From an uncultured Lentisphaerota bacterium (GTDB taxonomy: Bacteria > Verrucomicrobiota > Kiritimatiellia > CAIQIC01): DNA of 64,000 nucleotides. A program made the translations under genes and the position numbers. The stretch is from the NCBI GenBank assembly GCA_903889245.1, contig CAISWQ010000038.1, positions 68,763-132,762 on the forward strand. The letters run 5' to 3'. The notes under the pieces were generated by a model. That model searched no databases and had not been told where the DNA came from. It saw only the letters and a list, made by a program, of their open reading frames with translations. Shown here in pieces: positions 44,895 to 53,746 of the stretch. Position 1 is the first letter of the stretch, and each line of letters starts with the position of its first letter.

Positions 44895-47285
44895 ATGAAA
44901 AAGATACGACGGAACGTCATGCTTGCATGTTTCGGACTGCTGGTCAGCGTGCCGGCCGCGTTCGCGGGGCCGGTCTATCAGTTCCTGCGGGTCGGCGAGG
45001 TGCAGCCGCGCGGCTGGCTGCAGGAACAGATCTGCATGGATGTGACCAATGGCTACGGGCCGCACCTGGACAAGCTGACGACGCGCATCGCCACCAAGAA
45101 TTTCGACAGCCGCCACAAGAGCGAGCTGGTCAAGCCGAAGATCGGCGCGGACTGGTGGGATGGCGAGACGACCGGCAACTGGTTCGATGGGTTCGTCCGC
45201 TCCGCCTATCTCTCCGGCGATGCGGCGGCGAAAAAGCGTGCGGATGCCTACGTGGCCGAGTTCCTCGCGATGCAGGACGACGACGGCTATCTCGGCATCT
45301 ATCCGCGGGCGCAGCGCTTCGCCTCGCCGATCGGGGTGCAGAACGGCGAGTTCTGGACGCAGGCGTGCCTGTTCCGCGGGCTGCTGGCCTACTATGAAAT
45401 GACCGGGCGCGCCGACGTGCTCGCCGCCGTGCAGCGCGCGACGAAGCTGATGCTGTCGAAGTATGGCGCGGACCGGCCGTACTGGCGCGAGACCATCGGC
45501 GGCGGCGGGCCGGGCCACAACATCATGTTCGTGGATATCTGCGAGTGGCTGCACCGCCTCACGGGCGAGGCCGACTACGTGAAGTTCGCGAAGTTCCTCT
45601 ACGATGGCTACTGCCAGCCCACCGAGGTGCGCGACGCCGATGTGCAGTTGCGGAATCTGTGCGACCTGAACAAGCCGTTCCAGGGCCACGGTGCGCACGT
45701 GATGGAGCACCTCCGCGTGCCGCTGTTCCTCGCGGCGGCCACAGGCGAGGCGCAGTACCGCATGGCCGCCGACAACTTCTTCCCGAAGACCGCGCGCCAC
45801 CTGACCGCCGGCGGCGCGTGCATCAGCGACGAGAACGTGCGCGGCCGGCCCGGCAGCCCGGTCATCGGCTGCGAATACTGCACGATGCTGGAACTGCTCC
45901 ACGCGCTGCAGTCGGCGGTGGAGAAATCCGGGCGCGCGCCGCTGGCCGACGCCATCGAGGTGCTCGCGTTCAACGCCGCCGAGGGCGCGCGGCAGCGCGA
46001 CGGCCGGGCGATCCAGTATTGCTCCTCCGACAACCAGCTCGAGATCAACGGCAAGGCGTTTGGCCGGCGGATGAAGCTCTCTCCCACGCACGAGGACGTC
46101 GCCGTCTGCTGCCCGGTGACGGCGCTGAAATTTTTCCCCTACTTTGTCAACGAGCTGTGGATGAAGACCGCGGCGGGCGATGGCCTCGTGGCGGTGAACT
46201 ACGCGCCGAACGAACTCACGACGAAAATCAACGGCGTGGGCGTGCGCATCACGAGCGACACCGCCTATCCCTTCGAGGACGAGGTGCGCCTGACCATCAC
46301 GCCGGAAAAACCGCTGACGTGCCCGCTCAAGCTGCGCGTGCCGGGGTGGGCGGGGACGATGAGCGTGGCCGCGCCCGGCGCGCGCGTGAGCGAGAGCGCG
46401 GGTTGGCGCGAGGTCACCAAGGAATGGCGCGCGGGCGACCGCCTCGTCATCACGTTCCAACCGGAGGTCCAGCGCAAGGCGCTGGCCGGCGGCGAAATCT
46501 TCTGGCAGCGCGGCCCGCTGGTCTATGCGCTGCCGTTGCCCTCCGAATGCAAACAGATCAAAAGCTACCCCGTCGCCGGCTTCGGCGACTTTGAACTCAC
46601 GCCGGGCGCCGGTGCGCATTGGAATTACGCGATGGAGGAGCAGGGTGGGGCGTTCCAGTTTGCGCGCGCCGTCACGCAGGGCAATCCGTGGATCAACCCG
46701 CCGGTACGGTTGAACGGGAAGCTCGTCAACGCCAAGTCAGGCCAAAGTGAGCCGGTGGAGTTGGTGCCGATGGGCGCGAGCCTGCTGCGGCGCGTCACGT
46801 TCCCGGATGCCCAAGCGCTGCGCGCCGTCGCTGCGCTGGCCGAGGCGTTGAAAGGCGGGCAGAATCTCGCGCGCCAGTCGCGCGTGACCGCGTCCACCTC
46901 GGCGAAGGGCTATGCGCCGCAGGCCGTCGCGGATGGCGTCGTGGAAGGCTTCCCCGATAATCTTGCCGCCGAGTGGGCGAGCAATCGCGAAACGGTCAGC
47001 GCGAAGGTGAAGCTGACGTGGGAGAAACCTGTGACGGTTGGCAGCGTGTGGCTCTTCGACCGGCCGAATCCCGCCGACCATGTGGTCGCCGCCAAAATTA
47101 ATTTCAGCGATGGCACCAGCGAGACGGTCGGCGAGTTGCCCAACGATGGTGCGACGCCGCTGAAGCTGAACTTCGCCGCGAAGCGCATCACGTGGATGGA
47201 AATCGTTGTCGCCAAGGTTGGAGACAAAACCAAAAATGTCGGCTTCGCGGAGATCGCCGTATTCGAGAAGGAGCCCAAACCATGA
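44895..47285 (+). CDS. putative glycoside hydrolase (six-hairpin/GH127-like) with a C-terminal F5/8-type-C (discoidin/CBM32-like) domain
   Basis: Signal peptide MKKIRRNVMLACFGLLVSVPAAFA. The C-terminal ~130 aa resemble an F5/8-type-C (discoidin) domain. The GH family assignment is tentative. Confidence 0.5.
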   Translation: MKKIRRNVMLACFGLLVSVPAAFAGPVYQFLRVGEVQPRGWLQEQICMDVTNGYGPHLDKLTTRIATKNFDSRHKSELVKPKIGADWWDGETTGNWFDGFVRSAYLSGDAAAKKRADAYVAEFLAMQDDDGYLGIYPRAQRFASPIGVQNGEFWTQACLFRGLLAYYEMTGRADVLAAVQRATKLMLSKYGADRPYWRETIGGGGPGHNIMFVDICEWLHRLTGEADYVKFAKFLYDGYCQPTEVRDADVQLRNLCDLNKPFQGHGAHVMEHLRVPLFLAAATGEAQYRMAADNFFPKTARHLTAGGACISDENVRGRPGSPVIGCEYCTMLELLHALQSAVEKSGRAPLADAIEVLAFNAAEGARQRDGRAIQYCSSDNQLEINGKAFGRRMKLSPTHEDVAVCCPVTALKFFPYFVNELWMKTAAGDGLVAVNYAPNELTTKINGVGVRITSDTAYPFEDEVRLTITPEKPLTCPLKLRVPGWAGTMSVAAPGARVSESAGWREVTKEWRAGDRLVITFQPEVQRKALAGGEIFWQRGPLVYALPLPSECKQIKSYPVAGFGDFELTPGAGAHWNYAMEEQGGAFQFARAVTQGNPWINPPVRLNGKLVNAKSGQSEPVELVPMGASLLRRVTFPDAQALRAVAALAEALKGGQNLARQSRVTASTSAKGYAPQAVADGVVEGFPDNLAAEWASNRETVSAKVKLTWEKPVTVGSVWLFDRPNPADHVVAAKINFSDGTSETVGELPNDGATPLKLNFAAKRITWMEIVVAKVGDKTKNVGFAEIAVFEKEPKP

Positions 47286-50200
47286 GCCTGAAAAAAAACC
47301 TGTGTGGTATCGCGTGCCTGTCGCTGGTGTGTTCGGCGGCGGAGGTGCAACTGGAAAAGCTGCGCTGCGAATATCTGGAGAATCCGGCCGCCATCGCGGA
47401 ACCGCAGCCGCGCTTGAGCTGGTTGCTCAATGCGGACCAACGCGGCCAGCGTCAGACCGCGTGGCAGGTGCTGGTTGCCAGCAGCACGGAGTTGTTGCAA
47501 AAGGATACCGGCGATCTCTGGGACACGGGGCGCGTCGCGTCCGACCAGTCCATTCACGTGCGCTACGCCGGCAAGCCGCTGGCGTCGCGACAGCAGTGTT
47601 TCTGGAAGGTGCGCGTCTGGGATAAAGACAACAAGGCTTCGGACTGGAGCCAGCCGGCGGCGTGGGGCATGGGTCTGCTGCAACCCGGCGACTGGACCGG
47701 CAAGTGGATCGGCAAGTACGAGCCGGAGAGCGAAACACTGCTCGTGGGGCCGCAGTGGATTTGGTTCCCCGAACCCGGCCCGCCGCCGGGCAAGCGCTAT
47801 TTCCGGCGCGTCTTTGATCTGCCGGAGGGCCGCGCGGTCAAGTCGGCGCGCCTGCTGGTCGCGGCCGACAATCTTTCCACGATCCATCTCAACGAACTGC
47901 AGCTCGGCCAGGCCAATCACGCGACTGTGGCCGGCGCGTTCGATGTCGCGGAGCACCTCAAGCCCGGCCGCAATGTGCTGGCGGTGCTGGTGGATAACCT
48001 GGGCACCGGTCCCAATCCGGCGGGCCTGCTGGTGAAGCTGCAGGTGGAGTTTGCCAGCGGCGAGCCGCTGACGTTGCTGACCGACGGCACATGGAAAGCG
48101 GCGCAGCCCGAAACGGAAGGCTGGACGAAAGCGGATTTCAACGACAGCACGTGGACGGCCGCGAAGGTCCTCGGTCCGGCGGGTGGCCTGATCTGGGGCA
48201 AGGTGCGCGAGCCGGAAAACCGCCGCCTGCCCGCGCGCTGGCTGCGGAAGGAATTTCAGGTGATCCATCCGGTCCGTCGCGCGGTGGTTTCGTTCGCCGG
48301 CCTCGGCCTCTCGGAGCTGCATCTCAACGGCGGCAAGATCGGCGACGCGGTGCTCTCGCCGGGGCTGACGGAATATCCCAAGCGCGTCTTCTATGTGACG
48401 CACGATGTGACGGCACAGGTGCGGCAGGGCACGAACGCCATCGGCGTCGTGCTCGGCAACGGCCGCTATTTCGCGCCGCGCCTGTTCTCGCCGATGAAGA
48501 CGGCGACCTACGGCTGCCCGAAGCTGCTGCTCCAGATGCGCATCGAGTACGCGGATGGTGCCGCCGCCACCGAGCTGGTCAGCGATGAAACCTGGCGGCT
48601 GACGACGAGCGGGCCGATCCTCGCGAACAACGAATACGACGGCGAGGACTACGACGCGCGCTTGGAACTCGCCGGCTGGTCGCAGCCGGGCTTCGATGCG
48701 TCGGGCTGGTCGCCGCCGATGATCGCCGCCGCGCCGGGGGGCGTGCTGGCGCCGGAGCCGATTGCGCCGATTCGCGTCATCGAAACGCTCACGCCCCGCG
48801 CCGTGACGGAGCCGAAACCGGGCGTCTTCATCTTCGACATGGGCCAGAACATGGTCGGCTGGTGCCGCCTGCGCGTCCGCGGCCCGGCGGGGACGGAAAT
48901 CTCGCTGCGCCACTCGGAGACGCTGAAGCCCGATGGCACGCTCTATCTGGACAACATCCGCGACGCGAAGGTGACCGACCGGTACACGCTCAAGGGCGGC
49001 GGCGAGGAGACCTGGGAGCCGCGGTTCACCTATCACGGCTTCCGGTTCGTCGAGGTGCGCGGCTGGCCGGGCCGGCCGGCCGCCGCAGCGCTCGAGGGCC
49101 GCGTGGTACACGACGACCTGCCGCGCGCCGGCGGGTGGAGTTGCTCGCATCCGCTGCTGAATCGCATCTACTCAAATGTCCTGTGGGGTACGCGCGGCAA
49201 CTACCGCAGCATCCCCACCGATTGCCCGCAGCGCGACGAACGGCAGGGCTGGCTCGGCGACCGCTCCGCCGAGGCGCGCGGCGAGAGCTTCCTGTTCGAC
49301 ACGGCCGCATTCTACGCGAAGTGGCTGCAGGACATCGCCGACGCGCAGCGCGCCGATGGCGCGGTGCCGAATGTCGCGCCGCCCTACTGGCCGCTCTTCG
49401 AGGCGAACGTCACGTGGCCCAGCAGTTTCGTCATCATCCCCGGCCATCTGCTCGACCAGTACGGCGACACGGCCACCCTCGCGCGCCAGTGGCCGGCGCT
49501 GACGAAGTGGATGGCCTTCATCGGCGCCTCGATGACCAACGACCTCGTGATGCTGGACCGCTACGGCGACTGGTGCGTGCCGCCGGAGGATCTGCACGCG
49601 ATCCATTCGCTCGATCCCGCGCGTAAGACCGCGCCCGCGATTCTCGGCACGGCCTACTATTTCCACTGCTGCCGCCTGATGGAGCGCTACGCGACGGCGC
49701 TCGGCAAACCCGACGAGGCGCGCCAATACCGCGCGCGCGCCGACAAACTGAAGGCCGCCCTCAACCGCGACTTTTTCAAGCGCGACGCCGGCTATTACGA
49801 CAACGGCTCGCAGACCGCGTGTGTGCTGCCGCTGGCGCTGGACCTTGCGCCCGCCGACCAGCGCGCGCGCGTGATGGCGCGGCTGGTCGCGAAGATCGCC
49901 GACGAAAGCAGGAACCACGTCGGCACCGGGCTGATCGGCGGGCAGTGGCTGATGCGGACGCTGACGCGCAACGGCCGCGGCGACCTCGCCTACACGCTCG
50001 CCACGCAGGAAACCTATCCGAGTTGGGGCTATATGCTCGGCCGCGGCGCGACCACGATCTGGGAACTGTGGAACGGCGACACCGCGAACCCCGCGATGAA
50101 CTCCGGCAACCACGTCATGCTTATCGGCGACCTCGTCACGTGGTTCCACGAAGACCTCGCCGGCATCAAGTCCGACGAAGCGCAGCCCGGCTTCAAGCAC

Positions 50201-50512
50201 ATCCTGATGCGCCCGCAGCCGGTCGGCGCCCTGACGTGGGTGAGCGCCACGCACCGCTCGCCCTACGGCCTCATCGCCAGCGCGTGGCGGATCGAGGGCG
50301 GCCAGTTCCGCTGGCACATCACCGTGCCCGCGAACTCCGGCGCCACCGTGTGGCTGCCGGCCGCCGACGCCGCGGCCATCCGCGAAGGCAGCCAGCCGCT
50401 GGCGAAAGCCGTTGGGCTGAAGGTGCTCCGCACCGAGCCCGGCGCGGTCGTCTGCGAGGTGGCCTCCGGCAGCTATGACTTTGAACTTCCGTGGCAGGCG
50501 GTGGCGCGGTGA
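47282..50512 (+). CDS. alpha-L-rhamnosidase, glycoside hydrolase family 78
   Basis: Signal peptide. RLSWLL...QTAWQVLVA N-terminal block. DCPQRDERQGWLGD matches the GH78 signature block. ATGA overlap with the upstream gene. Confidence 0.85.
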   Translation: MSLKKNLCGIACLSLVCSAAEVQLEKLRCEYLENPAAIAEPQPRLSWLLNADQRGQRQTAWQVLVASSTELLQKDTGDLWDTGRVASDQSIHVRYAGKPLASRQQCFWKVRVWDKDNKASDWSQPAAWGMGLLQPGDWTGKWIGKYEPESETLLVGPQWIWFPEPGPPPGKRYFRRVFDLPEGRAVKSARLLVAADNLSTIHLNELQLGQANHATVAGAFDVAEHLKPGRNVLAVLVDNLGTGPNPAGLLVKLQVEFASGEPLTLLTDGTWKAAQPETEGWTKADFNDSTWTAAKVLGPAGGLIWGKVREPENRRLPARWLRKEFQVIHPVRRAVVSFAGLGLSELHLNGGKIGDAVLSPGLTEYPKRVFYVTHDVTAQVRQGTNAIGVVLGNGRYFAPRLFSPMKTATYGCPKLLLQMRIEYADGAAATELVSDETWRLTTSGPILANNEYDGEDYDARLELAGWSQPGFDASGWSPPMIAAAPGGVLAPEPIAPIRVIETLTPRAVTEPKPGVFIFDMGQNMVGWCRLRVRGPAGTEISLRHSETLKPDGTLYLDNIRDAKVTDRYTLKGGGEETWEPRFTYHGFRFVEVRGWPGRPAAAALEGRVVHDDLPRAGGWSCSHPLLNRIYSNVLWGTRGNYRSIPTDCPQRDERQGWLGDRSAEARGESFLFDTAAFYAKWLQDIADAQRADGAVPNVAPPYWPLFEANVTWPSSFVIIPGHLLDQYGDTATLARQWPALTKWMAFIGASMTNDLVMLDRYGDWCVPPEDLHAIHSLDPARKTAPAILGTAYYFHCCRLMERYATALGKPDEARQYRARADKLKAALNRDFFKRDAGYYDNGSQTACVLPLALDLAPADQRARVMARLVAKIADESRNHVGTGLIGGQWLMRTLTRNGRGDLAYTLATQETYPSWGYMLGRGATTIWELWNGDTANPAMNSGNHVMLIGDLVTWFHEDLAGIKSDEAQPGFKHILMRPQPVGALTWVSATHRSPYGLIASAWRIEGGQFRWHITVPANSGATVWLPAADAAAIREGSQPLAKAVGLKVLRTEPGAVVCEVASGSYDFELPWQAVAR

Positions 50513-50517
50513 TTGGA

Positions 50518-50568
50518 TTTTTCCAAGGGTTGGAAAACGAAACACGAATTTTTCCAAGCCTTGGAAAC
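50518..50568. repeat. palindrome doublet (31 bp apart)
   Basis: TTTTTCCAAGGGTTGGAAAAC and TTTTTCCAAGCCTTGGAAAC, beginning 6 bp after the GH78 stop and 25-75 bp upstream of the URO-D-family start. Confidence 0.9.
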
Positions 50569-50592
50569 GGAGAGCAAGGGAAGGTGGCGAAC

Positions 50593-51726
50593 ATGAACAG
50601 TCGGGAACGGGTCTTGAGCGCGTTCGAGCGGCGCGGCTATGACCGCCTGCCGGTGAAGCACGAGGGCACGCCGGAGATCAACCGGATGCTGATGGAGCAC
50701 TTCGGCCTCGTCAATCAGGAGCAGCTGCTGCTGATGCTCGGCGATGATTTCCGCTACGTGGAGCCGCCCTACATCGGTCCGGAGCTGCGCACGTTCCCCG
50801 ATGGCAGCGTCGAGGGCTACTGGGGCGAGCACTACCGCTACGCCGAGTTCGCGGGCGGGCGCTACCTCGAGTCCTGCCATCAGCCGTTCGCCGGCGTCGA
50901 GCGGCTGGAGGACCTCGACCGCTCGCATTTCCCCTCGGCCGACTGGTTCGACTACTCGACGGTCCGCGCGCAGTGCGCCGCGCTGCGGCAGCGCGGCTTC
51001 GCCGTCTGCTTCGGCACGGCGGGCGACATGGATTTCATCAACAGCATCGCCCGCGCGCGCGGCACCGAACAGGTGCTGATCGATCTGGTCACCGATGATC
51101 CCGTCTATCTGGAGATCATGGAGGCGCGCTTCCGTTTCTATTTCGAGATGCACCGGCGCGTGCTGGAGGCGGCGGGCGGGCTGGTGGATTTCACGCACAT
51201 CGGCGAGGACCTTGGCACGCAGACGGCGCAGGTCATCAGCCACGAGGTTTTCGAGAAGCATTTCGCGCCGAAGTTCGGCGCCTACTTCGCGATGGTCCAC
51301 GCTCACGGCGCGCGCACGATGATGCACATGTGCGGCTGCTCGGCGGCCTTCCTGCCGCGGCTGATCGAGCTCGGGCTGGATGTCTATGACGTGGTCCAGC
51401 CCACCACGCCACAGACGGACATCGCCGTGCTGCAGCAGAAATTCGGCGACCGGCTGACCTTCTGCGGTAGCGTCTGCGTGCAGACGACGCTGGCGTTCGG
51501 CACGCCCGCGCAGGCCGCGGCCGAGGTCCGGCGGCGCCAGCACCTGTTCCCCAAGGGCGGCCTGTTCCTCGGCCCGACGCACGCGATCCAGGTCGGCTCG
51601 CCGCTGGAGAACATCCTGGCTCTCTATCGCACGGCGGGCAGCCTGCGGGAGACGGTGGATGAGGCCGTCCGCGCCGCCGGCGGCGCGGCGGCGGAAACCA
51701 AGGTCAACATGTCGAAGCTGTTTTAG
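50593..51726 (+). CDS. uroporphyrinogen-decarboxylase (URO-D) family protein
   Basis: N-terminus MNSRERVLSAFERRGYDRLPV. The whole protein resembles URO-D-like TIM-barrel enzymes. Confidence 0.7.
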   Translation: MNSRERVLSAFERRGYDRLPVKHEGTPEINRMLMEHFGLVNQEQLLLMLGDDFRYVEPPYIGPELRTFPDGSVEGYWGEHYRYAEFAGGRYLESCHQPFAGVERLEDLDRSHFPSADWFDYSTVRAQCAALRQRGFAVCFGTAGDMDFINSIARARGTEQVLIDLVTDDPVYLEIMEARFRFYFEMHRRVLEAAGGLVDFTHIGEDLGTQTAQVISHEVFEKHFAPKFGAYFAMVHAHGARTMMHMCGCSAAFLPRLIELGLDVYDVVQPTTPQTDIAVLQQKFGDRLTFCGSVCVQTTLAFGTPAQAAAEVRRRQHLFPKGGLFLGPTHAIQVGSPLENILALYRTAGSLRETVDEAVRAAGGAAAETKVNMSKLF

Positions 51727-51743
51727 AAAAACTGGAGCGCACC

Positions 51744-53387
51744 ATGATGGCAACCTCGCGACGCGACTTCCTGAAATTGGCCGGCCTCGGCGCGCTGGCT
51801 TTTCCAAGCCTTGGAAAAACTGCCCCCGCCGGTTTCCAACCCTTGGAAAAGTCGCGCCCCAACTTTCTCATCATCCTCGCCGACGACATGGGGTTCTCGG
51901 ACGCGGGCTGCTACGGCAGTGACATCCGCACGCCGCACCTCGACCAACTCGCCGCGCGCGGGTTGCGGTTCACGCAGTTCTATAACACCGGCCGCTGCTG
52001 GCCGACGCGCAGCGCGCTGATCACCGGCTACTACCCGCAGCAGATTCACATGGACCCGCCGCGCGGCCGGCTGCCGCCGTGGACGCGTACGCTGGCACAT
52101 CGCCTCAAGCCGCTCGGCTACCGCAGCTATCACTCCGGCAAGTGGCACGTGAACGGCGCGCCGCGCCCCGTGGCCGAGGGCGGGTTCGAACACTCCTACG
52201 ACCTGGAAGACCACGACCGGAATTTCAATCCGCAGAAAATTTTGCAGGACGACCAGCCGCTGCCGCCGGTGGCGAAGGGCAGCGGTTATTACACGACCAC
52301 GGCGTTCTGTGACCACGCGATCAAATGCCTGAAGGAGCACGCGGAAAAATATTCTGCGCAGCCGTTCTTCTCTTATCTCGCGTTCACGGTGCCGCATTTC
52401 CCGTTGCAGGCGCCGCCGGAAGACATCGCGCGCTACCGTGACCGTTACCTCATGGGCTGGGACAAGGTGCGCGAGGAGCGCTGGCAGAAATTGCGGGAGC
52501 TGAAGATCGTCGCTTGCGGCCTCGCGCCGCTGGAGCCGGGTTTTGCGCCGCGCTACTTCAAGCCGGATGTGCTCGCCAAGCTGGGACCCGGCGAGTCGAA
52601 GCACGCGGTGCCATGGGTGCAGCTGACGGACGAGCAGAAGCAGTATCAGGCGACGAAGATGGCGATCCACGCCGCGATGATCGACCGCATGGATGCCGAG
52701 ATCGGCCGCGTGCTTGCGCAGGTGCGCGCGATGGGCGCCTGGGAGAACACGGTCATCTTCTTCCTTTCCGATAACGGCACCGATGCGACGCTGCTCGTGC
52801 GCGGCGATGGCCACGACCGCGCGGCGGCGCCCGGCTCGGCGGGCTCGTTCCTCTGCCTCGGCCCCGGCTGGTCGAGCGCGGGCAATGCGCCGTTCCGCCG
52901 CCACAAGGTTTGGACGCACGAGGGCGGCATCTCGACGCCGCTGATCGTACACTGGCCCAAGGGCATTGCCGCGCAGGGCGAGCTGCGGCGCGACGTGGGG
53001 CACGTCACTGATTTCGTACCGACGCTGCTCGAGCTTGCTGGCGATACGGCCGCGCCGGCGGCGGGCGCGCCACCGCTGCCGGGCCGGAGTCTCGTCCCGG
53101 CGTTTGGCAGGGACGGCAGCGTGACGCGCGACGAGGTCTTCTTCCATCACGAGGGCAATCGCGCGCTCCGGCAGGGCAACTTCAAGCTTGTCTCGGCGTG
53201 CGAAGACCACAATGAATGGGAACTATTCGATCTGGCGGGCGACCGGTGCGAGCAGCGCAATCTCGCCGCTGCGCAGCCGGAGCGGGTCCGCGCCATGGCC
53301 GCGCGCTGGCAGCAGCTGCAGGAGCAGTTCACGCGCGACGCCGGTCCGGATCTGCCGTTTGCGAAGAAGACCAGAAACGATGATTGA
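51744..53387 (+). CDS. sulfatase (arylsulfatase-like), Tat-secreted
   Basis: Tat motif SRRDFLKLAGLGALA. FLIILADDMGFSDAGCYG and CWPTRSALITGYYP (C-x-P-x-R). Confidence 0.9.
   Translation: MMATSRRDFLKLAGLGALAFPSLGKTAPAGFQPLEKSRPNFLIILADDMGFSDAGCYGSDIRTPHLDQLAARGLRFTQFYNTGRCWPTRSALITGYYPQQIHMDPPRGRLPPWTRTLAHRLKPLGYRSYHSGKWHVNGAPRPVAEGGFEHSYDLEDHDRNFNPQKILQDDQPLPPVAKGSGYYTTTAFCDHAIKCLKEHAEKYSAQPFFSYLAFTVPHFPLQAPPEDIARYRDRYLMGWDKVREERWQKLRELKIVACGLAPLEPGFAPRYFKPDVLAKLGPGESKHAVPWVQLTDEQKQYQATKMAIHAAMIDRMDAEIGRVLAQVRAMGAWENTVIFFLSDNGTDATLLVRGDGHDRAAAPGSAGSFLCLGPGWSSAGNAPFRRHKVWTHEGGISTPLIVHWPKGIAAQGELRRDVGHVTDFVPTLLELAGDTAAPAAGAPPLPGRSLVPAFGRDGSVTRDEVFFHHEGNRALRQGNFKLVSACEDHNEWELFDLAGDRCEQRNLAAAQPERVRAMAARWQQLQEQFTRDAGPDLPFAKKTRNDD
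51800..51850. repeat. palindrome doublet embedded in coding (translated FPSLGKT....FQPLEK)
   Basis: CTTTTCCAAGCCTTGGAAAAA and GGTTTCCAACCCTTGGAAAAG, 32 bp apart, directly after the Tat signal. Confidence 0.9.
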
Positions 53388-53400
53388 GAGGAGCAGGCGC

Positions 53401-53705
53401 ATGAAAAAAACAATCTGGCTTGCGGGTCTGATGACGCTGGCGGCGGCGGCGCGACTTGGGCGAAAGCCGAGTATCAATCCATCCACGGAGTCATCAAATG
53501 CGACTGGAAGATCGAGGCGGGCAGATTCACGCTCCGCGCCACCGTGCCGCCGAACACCACCGCGACCATTCGCGTGCCCACGACCGCTGCGGCGAAAATC
53601 ACTGAAGGCGGCAAGCCTGTGTCGCCCGCAAGCACCACGTCTGACTGCGCGGTGTTCGAGGTCGGCTCGGGCAGCTTTGAATTCGTCTCGCCATTCAGCC
53701 GGTGA
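53401..53705 (+). pseudogene. gene remnant: a signal-peptide start fused out of frame to the last ~80 codons of a GH78 rhamnosidase
   Basis: ATG...MKKTIWLAGLMTLAAAA is followed, in a different frame, by AEYQSIHGVIKCDWKIEAGRFTLRATVPPNTTATIRVP...GSGSFEFV. That second part aligns with the C-termini of the GH78 genes at 14780 and 47282. Confidence 0.6.
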
Positions 53706-53746
53706 AAAAATCGCCGACCATGACATGGATATCAAAAGATAGAACG

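Noticed and set aside
53188-53742. ORF 53188..53742 (184 aa) as a real small protein.
   Set aside because: It is an Arg/Ser/Pro-rich frame running over the end of the sulfatase gene and the GH78 remnant. The remnant's alternative frame aligns with GH78 C-termini, which explains the region better.
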